A stretch of DNA of 64,000 nt from Auanema rhodensis (taxonomy: Eukaryota > Animalia > Nematoda): contig OZ059900.1 in the NCBI GenBank assembly GCA_964057225.1, forward strand, positions 15,376,001 through 15,440,000. Direction: 5' to 3'. The stretch's first letter is position 1, and each line of letters starts with the position of its first letter. Below, piece after piece: positions 13,501 to 28,300 of this stretch. The notes below the pieces were generated by a model. The model saw only the letters and a program-made list of their open reading frames with translations, did no database searches and was not told where the DNA came from. The position numbers and the translations under genes are program-made.

Positions 13501-16404
13501 TAACCCCTGTTTTTTTGTCGTGAAAGTGGAACTAGACGTTCTACAAACAATTTCGAGCTAAGTTTCATTGACATTGCATGAGTTTGAACACTTGAAATCG
13601 TAAGTCAAAACCTTGTTTACAGCGAAATTTCCAAAAACTGGTTTTCCAGCATAATAAAATATTTCTCATGGGAAATACTGTGTTTTTGTATTTTTCTATG
13701 TTCAGCATGTAAAATGCTTCATTTTAGTATGTAACACGCTAAAATTCGTTGCATTTGACGACTCATATGAACAAAAATCGATTTAATCAATATTAGCCAT
13801 AAGGGGCGTGCCCTCAGAATATGCTAATTTCCTTAATTTTCTAACCCCTGTTTTTTTGTCGTGAAAGTGGAACTAGACGTTGTACGAACAATTTTGAGCT
13901 AGGTTTCATTGACATTGCATGAGTTTGAACACATGAAATCGTAAGTCAAAACCTTGTTTACAGCGAAATTTCCAAAAACTGGTTTTCCAGCATAATAAAA
14001 TATTTCTCATATGAAATACTGTGTTTTTGTATTCTTCTAGTGTTCAGCATGTAAAATGCTTCATTTTAGTATGTAACACGCTGAAATTCGTTGCATTTGA
14101 CGACTCATATGAACAAAAATCGATTTAATCAATATTAGCCATAAGGGGCGTGCCCTCAGAATATGCTAATTTCCTTAATTTTCTAACCCCTGTTTTTTTG
14201 TCGTGAAATTGGAACTAGACGTTGTACAAACAATTTTGAGCTAGGTTTCATTGACATTGCATGAGTTTGAACACATGAAATCGTAAGTCAAAACCTTGTT
14301 TACAGCGAAATTTCCAAAAACTGGTTTTCCAGCATGATAAAATATTTCTCATGGGAAATACTGTGTTTTTGTATTTTTCTAGTGTTCAGCATGTAAAATG
14401 CTTCATTTTAGTATGTAACACGCTGAAATTCGTTGCATTTGACGACTCATATGAACAAAAATCGATTTAATCAATATTAGCCATAAGGGGCGTGCCCTCA
14501 GAATATGCTAATTTCCTTAATTTTCTAACCCCTGTTTTTTTGTCGTGAAAGTGGAACTAGACGTTGTACGAACAATTTTGAGCTACGTTTCATTGACATT
14601 GCATGAGTTTGAACACATGAAATCGTAAGTCAAAACCTTGTTTACAGCGAAATTTCCAAAAACTGGTTTTCCAGCATGATAAAATATTTCTCATGGGAAA
14701 TACTGTGTTTTTGTATTTTTCTAGTGTTCAGCATGTAAAATGCTTCATTTTAGTATGTAACACGCTGAAATTCGTTGCATTTGACGACTCATATGAACAA
14801 AAATCGATTTAATCAATATTAGCCATAAGGGGCGTGCCCTCAGAATATGCTAATTTCCTTAATTTTCTAACCCCTGTTTTTTTGTCGTGAAAGTGGAACT
14901 AGACGTTGTACGAACAATTTTGAGCTAGGTTTCATTGACATTGCATGAGTTTGAACACATGAAATCGTAAGTCAAAACCTTGTTTACAGCGAAATTTCCA
15001 AAAACTGGTTTTCCAGCATAATAAAATATTTCTCATGGGAAATACTGTGTTTTTGTATTTTTCTAGTGTTCAGCATGTGGAATGCTTCATTTTAGTATGT
15101 AACACGCTGAAATTCGTTGCATTTGACGACTCATATGAACAAAAATCGATTTAATCAATATTAGCCATAAGGGGCGTGCCCTCAGAATATGCTAATTTCC
15201 TTAATTTTCTAACCCCTGTTTTTTTGTCGTGAAAGTGGAACTAGACGTTGTACGAACAATTTTGAGCTAAGTTTCATTGACATTGCATGAGTTTGAACAC
15301 ATGAAATCGTAAGTCAAAACCTTGTTTACAGCGAAATTTCCAAAAACTGGTTTTCCAGCATAATAAAATATTTCTCATGGGAAATACTGTGTTTTTGTAT
15401 TTTTCTAGTGTTCAGCATGTAAAATGCTTCATTTTAGTATGTAACACGCTGAAATTCGTTGCATTTGACGACTCATATGAACAAAAATCGATTTAATCAA
15501 TATTAGCCATAAGGGGCGTGCCCTCAGAATATGCTAATTTCCTTAATTTTCTAACCCCTGTTTTTTTGTCGTGAAAGTGGAACTAGACGTTGTACGAACA
15601 ATTTTGAGCTACGTTTCATTGACATTGCATGAGTTTGAACACATGAAATCGTAAGTCAAAACCTTGTTTACAGCGAAATTTCCAAAAACTGGTTTTCCAG
15701 CATAATAAAATATTTCTCATGGGAAATACTGTGTTTTTGTATTCTTCTAGTGTTCAGCATGTAAAATGCTTCATTTTAGTATGTAACACGCTGAAATTCG
15801 TTGCATTTGACGACTCATATGAACAAAAATCGATTTAATCAATATTAGCCATAAGGGGCGTGCCCTCAGAATATGCTAATTTCCTTAATTTTCTAACCCC
15901 TGTTTTTTTGTCGTGAAAGTGGAACTAGACGTTGTACGAACAATTTTGAGCTAGGTTTCATTGACATTGCATGAGTTTGAACACATGAAATCGTAAGTCA
16001 AAACCTTGTTTACAGCGAAATTTCCAAAAACTGGTTTTCCAGCATAATAAAATATTTCTCATGGGAAATACTGTGTTTTTGTATTCTTCTAGTGTTCAGC
16101 ATGTAAAATGCTTCATTTTAGTATGTAACACGCTGAAATTCGTTGCATTTGACGACTCATATGAACAAAAATCGATTTAATCAATATTAGCCATAAGGGG
16201 CGTGCCCTCAGAATATGCTAATTTCCTTAATTTTCTAACCCCTGTTTTTTTGTCGTGAAAGTGGAACTAGACGTTGTACGAACAATTTTGAGCTAAGTTT
16301 CATTGACATTGCATGAGTTTGAACACATGAAATCGTAAGTCAAAACCTTGTTTACAGCGAAATTTCCAAAAACTGGTTTTCCAGCATAATAAAATATTTC
16401 TCAT
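9917..16404 (+). repeat. Block duplication with 10-monomer (3419-3420 bp) period
   Basis: Markers tcatATgaaata ~10592/~14011, gaaaTtgg 10790/14209, gtGGaatg ~11660/~15079, and gtattCttc pairs in the same order. A 1-bp deletion at ~13699 shifts the offset to 3419. Confidence 0.88.
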
Positions 16405-19400
16405 GGGAAATACTGTGTTTTTGTATTTTTCTAGTGTTCAGCATGTGGAATGCTTCATTTTAGTATGTAACACGCTGAAATTCGTTGCATTTGACGACTC
16501 ATATGAACAAAAATCGATTTAATCAATATTAGCCATAAGGGGCGTGCCCTCAGAATATGCTAATTTCCTTAATTTTCTAACCCCTGTTTTTTTGTCGTGA
16601 AAGTGGAACTAGACGTTGTACGAACAATTTTGAGCTAAGTTTCATTGACATTGCATGAGTTTGAACACATGAAATCGTAAGTCAAAACCTTGTTTACAGC
16701 GAAATTTCCAAAAACTGGTTTTCCAGCATAATAAAATATTTCTCATGGGAAATACTGTGTTTTTGTATTTTTCTAGTGTTCAGCATGTAAAATGCTTCAT
16801 TTTAGTATGTAACACGCTGAAATTCGTTGCATTTGACGACTCATATGAACAAAAATCGATTTAATCAATATTAGCCATAAGGGGCGTGCCCTCAGAATAT
16901 GCTAATTTCCTTAATTTTCTAACCCCTGTTTTTTTGTCGTGAAAGTGGAACTAGACGTTGTACGAACAATTTTGAGCTACGTTTCATTGACATTGCATGA
17001 GTTTGAACACATGAAATCGTAAGTCAAAACCTTGTTTACAGCGAAATTTCCAAAAACTGGTTTTCCAGCATAATAAAATATTTCTCATGGGAAATACTGT
17101 GTTTTTGTTTTTTTCTAGTGTTCAGCATGTAAAATGCTCCATTTTAGTATGTAACACGCTGAAATTCGTTGCATTTGACGACTCATATGAACAAAAATCG
17201 ATTTAATCAATATTAGCCATAAGGGGCGTGCCCTCAGAATATGCTAATTTCCTTAATTTTCTAACCCTTGTTTTTTTGTCGTGAAAGTGGAACTAGACGT
17301 TGTACAAACAATTTTGAGCTAGGTTTCATTGACATTGCATGAGTTTGAACACATGAAATCGTAAGTCAAAACCTTGTTTACAGCGAAATTTCCAAAAACT
17401 GGTTTTCCAGCATAATAAAATATTTCTCATGGGAAATACTGTGTTTTTGTATTTTTCTAGTGTTCAGCATGTAAAATGCTTCATTTTAGTTTGTAACACG
17501 CTGAAATTCGTTTCATTTGACGACTCATATGAACAAAAATCGATTTAATCAATATTAGCCATAAGGGGCGTGCCCTCAGAATATGCTAATTTCCTTAATT
17601 TTCTAACCCTTGTTTTTTTGTCGTGAAATTGGAACTAGACGTTGTACGAACAATTTTGAGCTAGGTTTCATTGACATTGCATGAGTTTGAACACATGAAA
17701 TCGTAAGTCAAAACCTTGTTTACAGCGAAATTTCCAAAAACTGGTTTTCCAGCATAATAAAATATTTCTCATGGGAAATACTGTGTTTTTGTATTTTTCT
17801 AGTGTTCAGCATGTGGAATGCTTCATTTTAGTATGTAACACGCTGAAATTCGTTGCATTTGACGACTCATATGAACAAAAATCGATTTAATCAATATTAG
17901 CCATAAGGGGCGTGCCCTCAGAATATGCTAATTTCCTTAATTTTCTAACCCCTGTTTTTTTGTCGTGAAAGTGGAACTAGACGTTGTACGAACAATTTTG
18001 AGCTAGGTTACATTGACATAGCATGAGTTTGAACACATGAAATCGTAAGTCAAAACCTTGTTTACAGCGAAATTTCCAAAAACTGGTTTTCCAGCATAAT
18101 AAAATATTTCTCATGGGAAATACTGTGTTTTTGTATTTTTCTAGTGTTCAGCATGTAAAATGCTTCATTTTAGTATGTAACACGCTGAAATTCGTTGCAT
18201 TTGACGACTCATATGAACAAAAATCGATTTAATCAATATTAGCCATAAGGGGCGTGCCCTCAGAATATGCTAATTTCCTTAATTTTCTAACCCTTGTTTT
18301 TTTGTCGTGAAAGTGGAACTAGACGTTGTACAAACAATTTTGAGCTAGGTTTCATTGACATTGCATGAGTTTGAACACATGAAATCGTAAGTCAAAACCT
18401 TGTTTACAGCGAAATTTCCAAAAACTGGTTTTCCAGCATGATAAAATATTTCTCATGGGAAATACTGTGTTTTTGTATTTTTCTAGTGTTCAGCATGTAA
18501 AATGCTTCTTTTTAGTATGTAACACGCTGAAATTCGTTGCATTTGACGACTCATATGAACAAAAATCGATTTAATCAATATTAGCCATAAGGGGCGTGCC
18601 CTCAGAATATGCTAATTTCCTTAATTTTCTAACCCCTGTTTTTTTGTCGTGAAAGTGGAACTAGACGTTGTACGAACAATTTTGAGCTAGGTTTCATTGA
18701 CATTGCATGAGTTTGAACACATGAAATCGTAAGTCAAAACCTTGTTTACAGCGAAATTTCCAAAAACTGGTTTTCCAGCATAATAAAATATTTCTCATGG
18801 GAAATACTGTGTTTTTGTATTTTTCTAGTGTTCAGCATGTAAAATGCTTCATTTTAGTATGTAACACGCTGAAATTCATTGCATTTGACGACTCATATGA
18901 ACAAAAATCGATTTAATCAATATTAGCCATAAGGGGCGTGCCCTCAGAATATGCTAATTTCCTTAATTTTCTAACCCCTGTTTTTTTGTCGTGAAAGTGG
19001 AACTAGACGTTGTACGAACAATTTTGAGCTAGGTTTCATTGACATTGCATGAGTTTGAACACATGAAATCGTAAGTCAAAACCTTGTTTACAGCGAAATT
19101 TCCAAAAACTGGTTTTCCAGCATAATAAAATATTTCTCATGGGAAATACTGTGTTTTTGTATTTTTCTAGTGTTCAGCATGTAAAATGCTTCATTTTAGT
19201 ATGTAACACGCTGAAATTCATTGCATTTGACGACTCATATGAACAAAAATCGATTTAATCAATATTAGCCATAAGGGGCGTGCCCTCAGAATATGCTAAT
19301 TTCCTTAATTTTCTAACCCCTGTTTTTTTGTCGTGAAAGTGGAACTAGACGTTGTACGAACAATTTTGAGCTATGTTTCATTGACATTGCATGAGTTTGA

Positions 19401-20322
19401 ACACATGAAATCGTAAGTCAAAACCTTGTTTACAGCGAAATTTCCAAAAACTGGTTTTCCAGCATAATAAAATATTTCTCATGGGAAATACTGTGTTTTT
19501 GTATTTTTCTAGTGTTCAGCATGTAAAATGCTTCATTCTAGTATGTAACACGCTGAAATTCGTTGCATTTGACGACTCATATGAACAAAAATCGATTTAA
19601 TCAATATTAGCCATAAGGGGCGTGCCCTCAGAATATGCTAATTTCCTTAATTTTCTAACCCCTGTTTTTTTGTCGTGAAAGTGGAACTAGACGTTGTACG
19701 AACAATTTTGAGCTAGGTTTCATTGACATTGCATGAGTTTGAACACATGAAATCGTAAGTCAAAACCTTGTTTACAGCGAAATTTCCAAAAACTGGTTTT
19801 CCAGCATAATAAAATATTTCTCATGGGAAATACTGTGTTTTTGTATTCTTCTAGTGTTCAGCATGTAAAATGCTTCATTTTAGTATGTAACACGCTGAAA
19901 TTCGTTGCATTTGACGACTCATATGAACAAAAATCGATTTAATCAATATTAGCCATAAGGGGCGTGCCCTCAGAATATGCTAATTTCCTTAATTTTCTAA
20001 CCCCTGTTTTTTTGTCGTGAAAGTGGAACTAGACGTTGTACGAACAATTTTGAGCTAGGTTTCATTGACATTGCATGAGTTTGAACACATGAAATCGTAA
20101 GTCAAAACCTTGTTTACAGCGAAATTTCCAAAAACTGGTTTTCCAGCATAATAAAATATTTCTCATGGGAAATACTGTGTTTTTGTATTTTTCTAGTGTT
20201 CAGCATGTAAAATGCTTCATTTTAGTATGTAACACGCTGAAATTCATTGCATTTGACGACTCATATGAACAAAAATCGATTTAATCAATATTAGCCATAA
20301 GGGGCGTGCCCTCAGAATATGC

Positions 20323-20328
20323 TAATTT
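20323..20328 (+). other. 9-bp deletion (taatttcct) giving a 333-bp monomer, copy 1
   Basis: gctaattttctaacc instead of gctaatttccttaattttctaacc; the deletion lies between 6-bp direct repeats taattt. Confidence 0.93.
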
Positions 20329-22365
20329 TCTAACCCCTGTTTTTTTGTTGTGAAAGTGGAACTAGACGTTGTACGAACAATTTTGAGCTAGGTTTCATTG
20401 ACATTGAATGAGTTTGAACACATGAAATCGTAAGTCAAAACCTTGTTTACAGCGAAATTTCCAAAAACTGGTTTTCCAGCATAATAAAATATTTCTCATG
20501 GGAAATACTGTGTTTTTGTATTTTTCTAGTGTTCAGCATGTAAAATGTCTCATTTTAGTATGTAACACGCTGAAATTCGTTGCATTTGACGACTCATATG
20601 AACAAAAATCGATTTAATCAATATTAGCCATAAGGGGCGTGCCCTCAGAATATGCTAAATTCATTAATTTTCTAACCCCTGTTTTTTTGTCGTGAAAGTG
20701 GAACTAGACGTTGTACGAACAATTTTGAGCTAGGTTTCATTGACATTGCATGAGTTTGAACACATGAAATCGTAAGTCAAAACCTTGTTTACAGCGAAAT
20801 TTCCAAAAACTGGTTTTCCAGCATAATAAAATATTTGTCATGGGAAATACTGTGTTTTTGTATTCTTCTAGTGTTCAGCATGTAAAATGCTTCATTTTAG
20901 TATGTAACACGCTGAAATTCGTTGCATTTGACGACTCATATGAACAAAAATCGATTTAATCAATATTAGCCATAAGGGGCGTGCCCTCAGAATATGCTAA
21001 TTTCCTTAATTTTCTAACCCCTGTTTTTTTGTCGTGAAAGTGGAACTAGACGTTGTACGAACAATTTTGAGCTAGGTTTCATTGACATTGCATGAGTTTG
21101 AACACATGAAATCGTAAGTCAAAACCTTGTTTACAGCGAAATTTCCAAAAACTGGTTTTCCAGCATAATAAAATATTTCTCATGGGAAATACTGTGTTTT
21201 TGTATTTTTCTAGTGTTCAGCATGTGGAATGCTTCATTTTAGTATGTAACACGCTGAAATTCGTTGCATTTGACGACTCATATGAACAAAAATCGATTTA
21301 ATCAATATTAGCCATAAGGGGCGTGCCCTCAGAATATGCTAATTTCCTTAATTTTCTAACCCCTGTTTTTTTGTCGTGAAAGTGGAACTAGACGTTGTAC
21401 GAACAATTCTGAGCTAGGTTACATTGACATAGCATGAGTTTGAACACATGAAATCGTAAGTCAAAACCTTGTTTACAGCGAAATTTCCAAAAACTGGTTT
21501 TCCAGCATAATAAAATATTTCTCATGGGAAATACTGTGTTTTTGTATTTTTCTAGTGTTCAGCATGTAAAATGCTTCATTTTAGTATGTAACACGCTGAA
21601 ATTCGTTGCATTTGACGACTCATATGAACAAAAATCGATTTAATCAATATTAGCCATAAGGGGCGTGCCCTCAGAATATGCTAATTTCCTTAATTTTCTA
21701 ACCCTTGTTTTTTTGTCGTGAAAGTGGAACTAGACGTTGTACAAACAATTTTGAGCTAGGTTTCATTGACATTGCATGAGTTTGAACACATGAAATCGTA
21801 AGTCAAAACCTTGTTTACAGCGAAATTTCCAAAAACTGGTTTTCCAGCATGATAAAATATTTCTCATGGGAAATACTGTGTTTTTGTATTTTTCTAGTGT
21901 TCAGCATGTAAAATGCTTCTTTTTAGTATGTAACACGCTGAAATTCGTTGCATTTGACGACTCATATGAACAAAAATCGATTTAATCAATATTAGCCATA
22001 AGGGGCGTGCCCTCAGAATATGCTAATTTCCTTAATTTTCTAACCCCTGTTTTTTTGTCGTGAAAGTGGAACTAGACGTTGTACGAACAATTTTGAGCTA
22101 GGTTTCATTGACATTGCATGAGTTTGAACACATGAAATCGTAAGTCAAAACCTTGTTTACAGCGAAATTTCCAAAAACTGGTTTTCCAGCATAATAAAAT
22201 ATTTCTCATGGGAAATACTGTGTTTTTGTATTTTTCTAGTGTTCAGCATGTAAAATGCTTCATTTTAGTATGTAACACGCTGAAATTCATTGCATTTGAC
22301 GACTCATATGAACAAAAATCGATTTAATCAATATTAGCCATAAGGGGCGTGCCCTCAGAATATGC

Positions 22366-22371
22366 TAATTT
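22366..22371 (+). other. 9-bp deletion (taatttcct), copy 2
   Basis: Same junction 2043 bp (6x342-9) downstream, with the same linked SNPs (ttcAttgc, attgAatg, aatgTCtc in the next monomer). Confidence 0.93.
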
Positions 22372-25300
22372 TCTAACCCCTGTTTTTTTGTCGTGAAAGT
22401 GGAACTAGACGTTGTACGAACAATTTTGAGCTAGGTTTCATTGACATTGAATGAGTTTGAACACATGAAATCGTAAGTCAAAACCTTGTTTACAGCGAAA
22501 TTTCCAAAAACTGGTTTTCCAGCATAATAAAATATTTCTCATGGGAAATACTGTGTTTTTGTATTTTTCTAGTGTTCAGCATGTAAAATGTCTCATTTTA
22601 GTATGTAACACGCTGAAATTCGTTGCATTTGACGACTCATATGAACAAAAATCGATTTAATCAATATTAGCCATAAGGGGCGTGCCCTCAGAATATGCTA
22701 ATTTCCTTAATTTTCTAACCCCTGTTTTTTTGTCGTGAAAGTGGAACTAGACGTTGTACGAACAATTTTGAGCTAGGTTTCATTGACATTGCATGAGTTT
22801 GAACACATGAAATCGTAAGTCAAAACCTTGTTTACAGCGAAATTTCCAAAAACTGGTTTTCCAGCATAATAAAATATTTCTCATGGGAAATACTGTGTTT
22901 TTGTATTCTTCTAGTGTTCAGCATGTAAAATGCTTCATTTTAGTATGTAACACGCTGAAATTCGTTGCATTTGACGACTCATATGAACAAAAATCGATTT
23001 AATCAATATTAGCCATAAGGGGCGTGCCCTCAGAATATGCTAATTTCCTTAATTTTCTAACCCCTGTTTTTTTGTCGTGAAAGTGGAACTAGACGTTGTA
23101 CGAACAATTTTGAGCTAGGTTTCATTGACATTGCATGAGTTTGAACACATGAAATCGTAAGTCAAAACCTTGTTTACAGCGAAATTTCCAAAAACTGGTT
23201 TTCCAGCATAATAAAATATTTCTCATGGGAAATACTGTGTTTTTGTATTTTTCTAGTGTTCAGCATGTAAAATGCTTCATTTTAGTATGTAACACGCTGA
23301 AATTCGTTGCATTTGACGACTCATATGAACAAAAATCGATTTAATAAATATTAGCCATAAGGGGCGTGCCCTCAGAATATGCTAACTTCCTTAATTTTCT
23401 AACCCCTGTTTTTTTGTCGTGAAAGTGGAACTAGACGTTGTACGAACAATTTTGAGCTATGTTTCATTGACATTGCATGAGTTTGAACACATGAAATCGT
23501 AAGTCAAAACCTTGTTTACAGCGAAATTTCCAAAAACTGGTTTTCCAGCATAATAAAATATTTCTCATGGGAAATACTGTGTTTTTGTATTTTTCTAATG
23601 TTCAGCATGTAAAATGCTTCATTCTAGTATGTAACACGCTGAAATTCGTTGCATTTGACGACTCATATGAACAAAAATCGATTTAATCAATATTAGCCAT
23701 AAGGGGCGTGCCCTCAGAATATGCTAATTTCCTTAATTTTCTAACCCCTGTTTTTTTGTCGTGAAAGTGGAACTAGACGTTGTACGAACAATTTTGAGCT
23801 AGGTTTCATTGACATTGCATGAGTTTGAACACATGAAATCGTAAGTCAAAACCTTGTTTACAGCGAAATTTCCAAAAACTGGTTTTCCAGCATAATAAAA
23901 TATTTCTCATGGGAAATACTGTGTTTTTGTATTCTTCTAGTGTTCAGCATGTAAAATGCTTCATTTTAGTATGTAACACGCTGAAATTCGTTGCATTTGA
24001 CGACTCATATGAACAAAAATCGATTTAATCAATATTAGCCATAAGGGGCGTGCCCTCAGAATATGCTAATTTCCTTAATTTTCTAACCCCTGTTTTTTTG
24101 TCGTGAAAGTGGAACTAGACGTTGTACGAACAATTTTGAGCTAGGTTTCATTGACATTGCATGAGTTTGAACACATGAAATCGTAAGTCAAAACCTTGTT
24201 TACAGCGAAATTTCCAAAAACTGGTTTTCCAGCATAATAAAATATTTCTCATGGGAAATACTGTGTTTTTGTATTTTTCTAGTGTTCAGCATGTAAAATG
24301 CTTCATTTTAGTATGTAACACGCTGAAATTCGTTGCATTTGACGACTCATATGAACAAAAATCGATTTAATCAATATTAGCCATAAGGGGCGTGCCCTCA
24401 GAATATGCTAACTTCCTTAATTTTCTAACCCCTGTTTTTTTGTCGTGAAAGTGGAACTAGACGTTGTACGAACAATTTTGAGCTATGTTTCATTGACATT
24501 GCATGAGTTTGAACACATGAAATCGTAAGTCAAAACCTTGTTTACAGCGAAATTTCCAAAAACTGGTTTTCCAGCATAATAAAATATTTCTCATGGGAAA
24601 TACTGTGTTTTTGTATTTTTCTAATGTTCAGCATGTAAAATGCTTCATTCTAGTATGTAACACGCTGAAATTCGTTGCATTTGACGACTCATATGAACAA
24701 AAATCGATTTAATCAATATTAGCCATAAGGGGCGTGCCCTCAGAATATGCTAATTTCCTTAATTTTCTAACCCCTGTTTTTTTGTCGTGAAAGTGGAACT
24801 AGACGTTGTACGAACAATTTTGAGCTAGGTTTCATTGACATTGCATGAGTTTGAACACATGAAATCGTAAGTCAAAACCTTGTTTACAGCGAAATTTCCA
24901 AAAACTGGTTTTCCAGCATAATAAAATATTTCTCATGGGAAATACTGTGTTTTTGTATTCTTCTAGTGTTCAGCATGTAAAATGCTTCATTTTAGTATGT
25001 AACACGCTGAAATTCGTTGCATTTGACGACTCATATGAACAAAAATCGATTTAATCAATATTAGCCATAAGGGGCGTGCCCTCAGAATATGCTAATTTCC
25101 TTAATTTTCTAACCCCTGTTTTTTTGTCGTGAAAGTGGAACTAGACGTTGTACGAACAATTTTGAGCTAGGTTTCATTGACATTGCATGAGTTTGAACAC
25201 ATGAAATCGTAAGTCAAAACCTTGTTTACAGCGAAATTTCCAAAAACTGGTTTTCCAGCATAATAAAATATTTCTCATGGGAAATACTGTGTTTTTGTAT

Positions 25301-28300
25301 TTTTCTAGTGTTCAGCATGTAAAATGCTTCATTTTAGTATGTAACACGCTGAAATTCATTGCATTTGACGACTCATATGAACAAAAATCGATTTAATCAA
25401 TATTAGCCATAAGGGGCGTGCCCTCAGAATATGCTAATTTCCTTAATTTTCTAACCCCTGTTTTTTTGTCGTGAAAGTGGAACTAGACGTTGTACGTACA
25501 ATTTTGAGCTAGGTTTCATTGACATTGAATGAGTTTGAACACATGAAATCGTAAGTCAAAACCTTGTTTACAGCGAAATTTCCAAAAACTGGTTTTCCAG
25601 CATAATAAAATATTTCTCATGGGAAATACTGTGTTTTTGTATTTTTCTAGTGTTCAGCATGTAAAATGTCTCATTTTAGTATGTAACACGCTGAAATTCG
25701 TTGCATTTGACGACTCATATGAACAAAAATCGATTTAATCAATATTAGCCATAAGGGGCGTGCCCTCAGAATATGCTAAATTCATTAATTTTCTAACCCC
25801 TGTTTTTTTGTCGTGAAAGTGGAACTAGACGTTGTACGAACAATTTTGAGCTAGGTTTCATTGACATTGCATGAGTTTGAACACATGAAATCGTAAGTCA
25901 AAACCTTGTTTACAGCGAAATTTCCAAAAACTGGTTTTCCAGCATAATAAAATATTTCTCATGGGAAATACTGTGTTTTTGTATTCTTCTAGTGTTCAGC
26001 ATGTAAAATGCTTCATTTTAGTATGTAACACGCTGAAATTCGTTGCATTTGACGACTCATATGAACAAAAATCGATTTAATCAATATTAGCCATAAGGGG
26101 CGTGCCCTCAGAATATGCTAATTTCCTTAATTTTCTAACCCCTGTTTTTTTGTCGTGAAAGTGGAACTAGACGTTGTACGAACAATTTTGAGCTAGGTTT
26201 CATTGACATTGCATGAGTTTGAACACATGAAATCGTAAGTCAAAACCTTGTTTACAGCGAAATTTCCAAAAACTGGTTTTCCAGCATAATAAAATATTTC
26301 TCATGGGTATTACTGTGTTTTTGTATTCTTCTAGTGTTCAGCATGTAAAATGCTTCATTTTAGTATGTAACACGCTGAAATTCGTTGCATTTGACGACTC
26401 ATATGAACAAAAATCGATTTAATCAATATTAGCCATAAGGGGCGTGCCCTCAGAATATGCTAATTTCCTTAATTTTCTAACCCCTGTTTTTTTGTCGTGA
26501 AAGTGGAACTAGACGTTGTACGAACAATTTTGAGCTAGGTTTCATTGACATTGCATGAGTTTGAACACATGAAATCGTAAGTCAAAACCTTGTTTACAGC
26601 GAAATTTCCAAAAACTGGTTTTCCAGCATAATAAAATATTTCTCATGGGAAATACTGTGTTTTTGTATTTTTCTAGTGTTCAGCATGTAAAATGCTTCAT
26701 TTTAGTATGTAACACGCTGAAATTCGTTGCATTTGACGACTCATATGAACAAAAATCGATTTAATCAATATTAGCCATAAGGGGCGTGCCCTCAGAATAT
26801 GCTAATTTCCTTAATTTTCTAACCCCTGTTTTTTTGTCGTGAAAGTGGAACTAGACGTTGTACGAACAATTTTGAGCTATGTTTCATTGACATTGCATGA
26901 GTTTGAACACATGAAATCGTAAGTCAAAACCTTGTTTACAGCGAAATTTCCAAAAACTGGTTTTCCAGCATAATAAAATATTTCTCATGGGAAATACTGT
27001 GTTTTTGTATTTTTCTAGTGTTCAGCATGTAAAATGCTTCATTTTAGTATGTAACACGCTGAAATTCGTTGCATTTGACGACTCATATGAACAAAAATCG
27101 ATTTAATCAATATTAGCCATAAAGGGCGTGCCCTCAGAATATGCTAATTTCCTTAATTTTCTAACCCCTGTTTTTTTGTCGTGAAAGTGGAACTAGACAT
27201 TGTATTAACAATTTTGAGCTAGGTTTCATTGACATTGCATGAGTTTGAACACATGAAATCGTAAGTCAAAACCTTGTTTACAGCGAAATTTCCAAAAACT
27301 GGTTTTCCAGCATAATAAAATATTTCTCATGGGTATTACTGTGTTTTTGTATTTTTCTAGTGTTCAGCATGTAAAATGCTTCATTTTAGTATGTAACACG
27401 CTGAAATTCGTTGCATTTGACGACTCATATGAACAAAAATCGATTTAATCAATATTAGCCATAAGGGGCGTGCCCTCAGAATATGCTAATTTCCTTAATT
27501 TTCTAACCCCTGTTTTTTTGTCGTGAAAGTGGAACTAGACGTTGTACGAACAATTTTGAGCTAGGTTTCATTGACATTGCATGAGTTTGAACACATGAAA
27601 TCGTAAGTCAAAACCTTGTTTACAGCGAAATTTCCAAAAACTGGTTTTCCAGCATAATAAAATATTTCTCATGGGAAATACTGTGTTTTTGTTTTTTTCT
27701 AGTGTTCAGCATGTAAAATGCTTCATTTTAGTATGTAACACGCTGAAATTCGTTGCATTTGACGACTCATATGAACAAAAATCGATTTAATCAATATTAG
27801 CCATAAGGGGCGTGCCCTCAGAATATGCTAATTTCCTTAATTTTCTAACCCCTGTTTTTTTGTCGTGAAAGTGGAACTAGACATTGTATTAACAATTTTG
27901 AGCTAGGTTTCATTGACATTGCATGAGTTTGAACACATGAAATCGTAAGTCAAAACCTTGTTTACAGCGAAATTTCCAAAAACTGGTTTTCCAGCATAAT
28001 AAAATATTTCTCATGGGAAATACTGTGTTTTTGTATTTTTCTAGTGTTCAGCATGTGAAATGCTTCATTTTAGTATGTAACACGCTGAAATTCGTTGCAT
28101 TTGACGACTCATATGAACAAAAATCGATTTAATCAATATTAGCCATAAAGGGCGTGCCCTCAGAATATGCTAATTTCCTTAATTTTCTAACCCCTGTTTT
28201 TTTGTCGTGAAAGTGGAACTAGACATTGTATTAACAATTTTGAGCTAGGTTTCATTGACATTGCATGAGTTTGAACACATGAAATCGTAAGTCAAAACCT

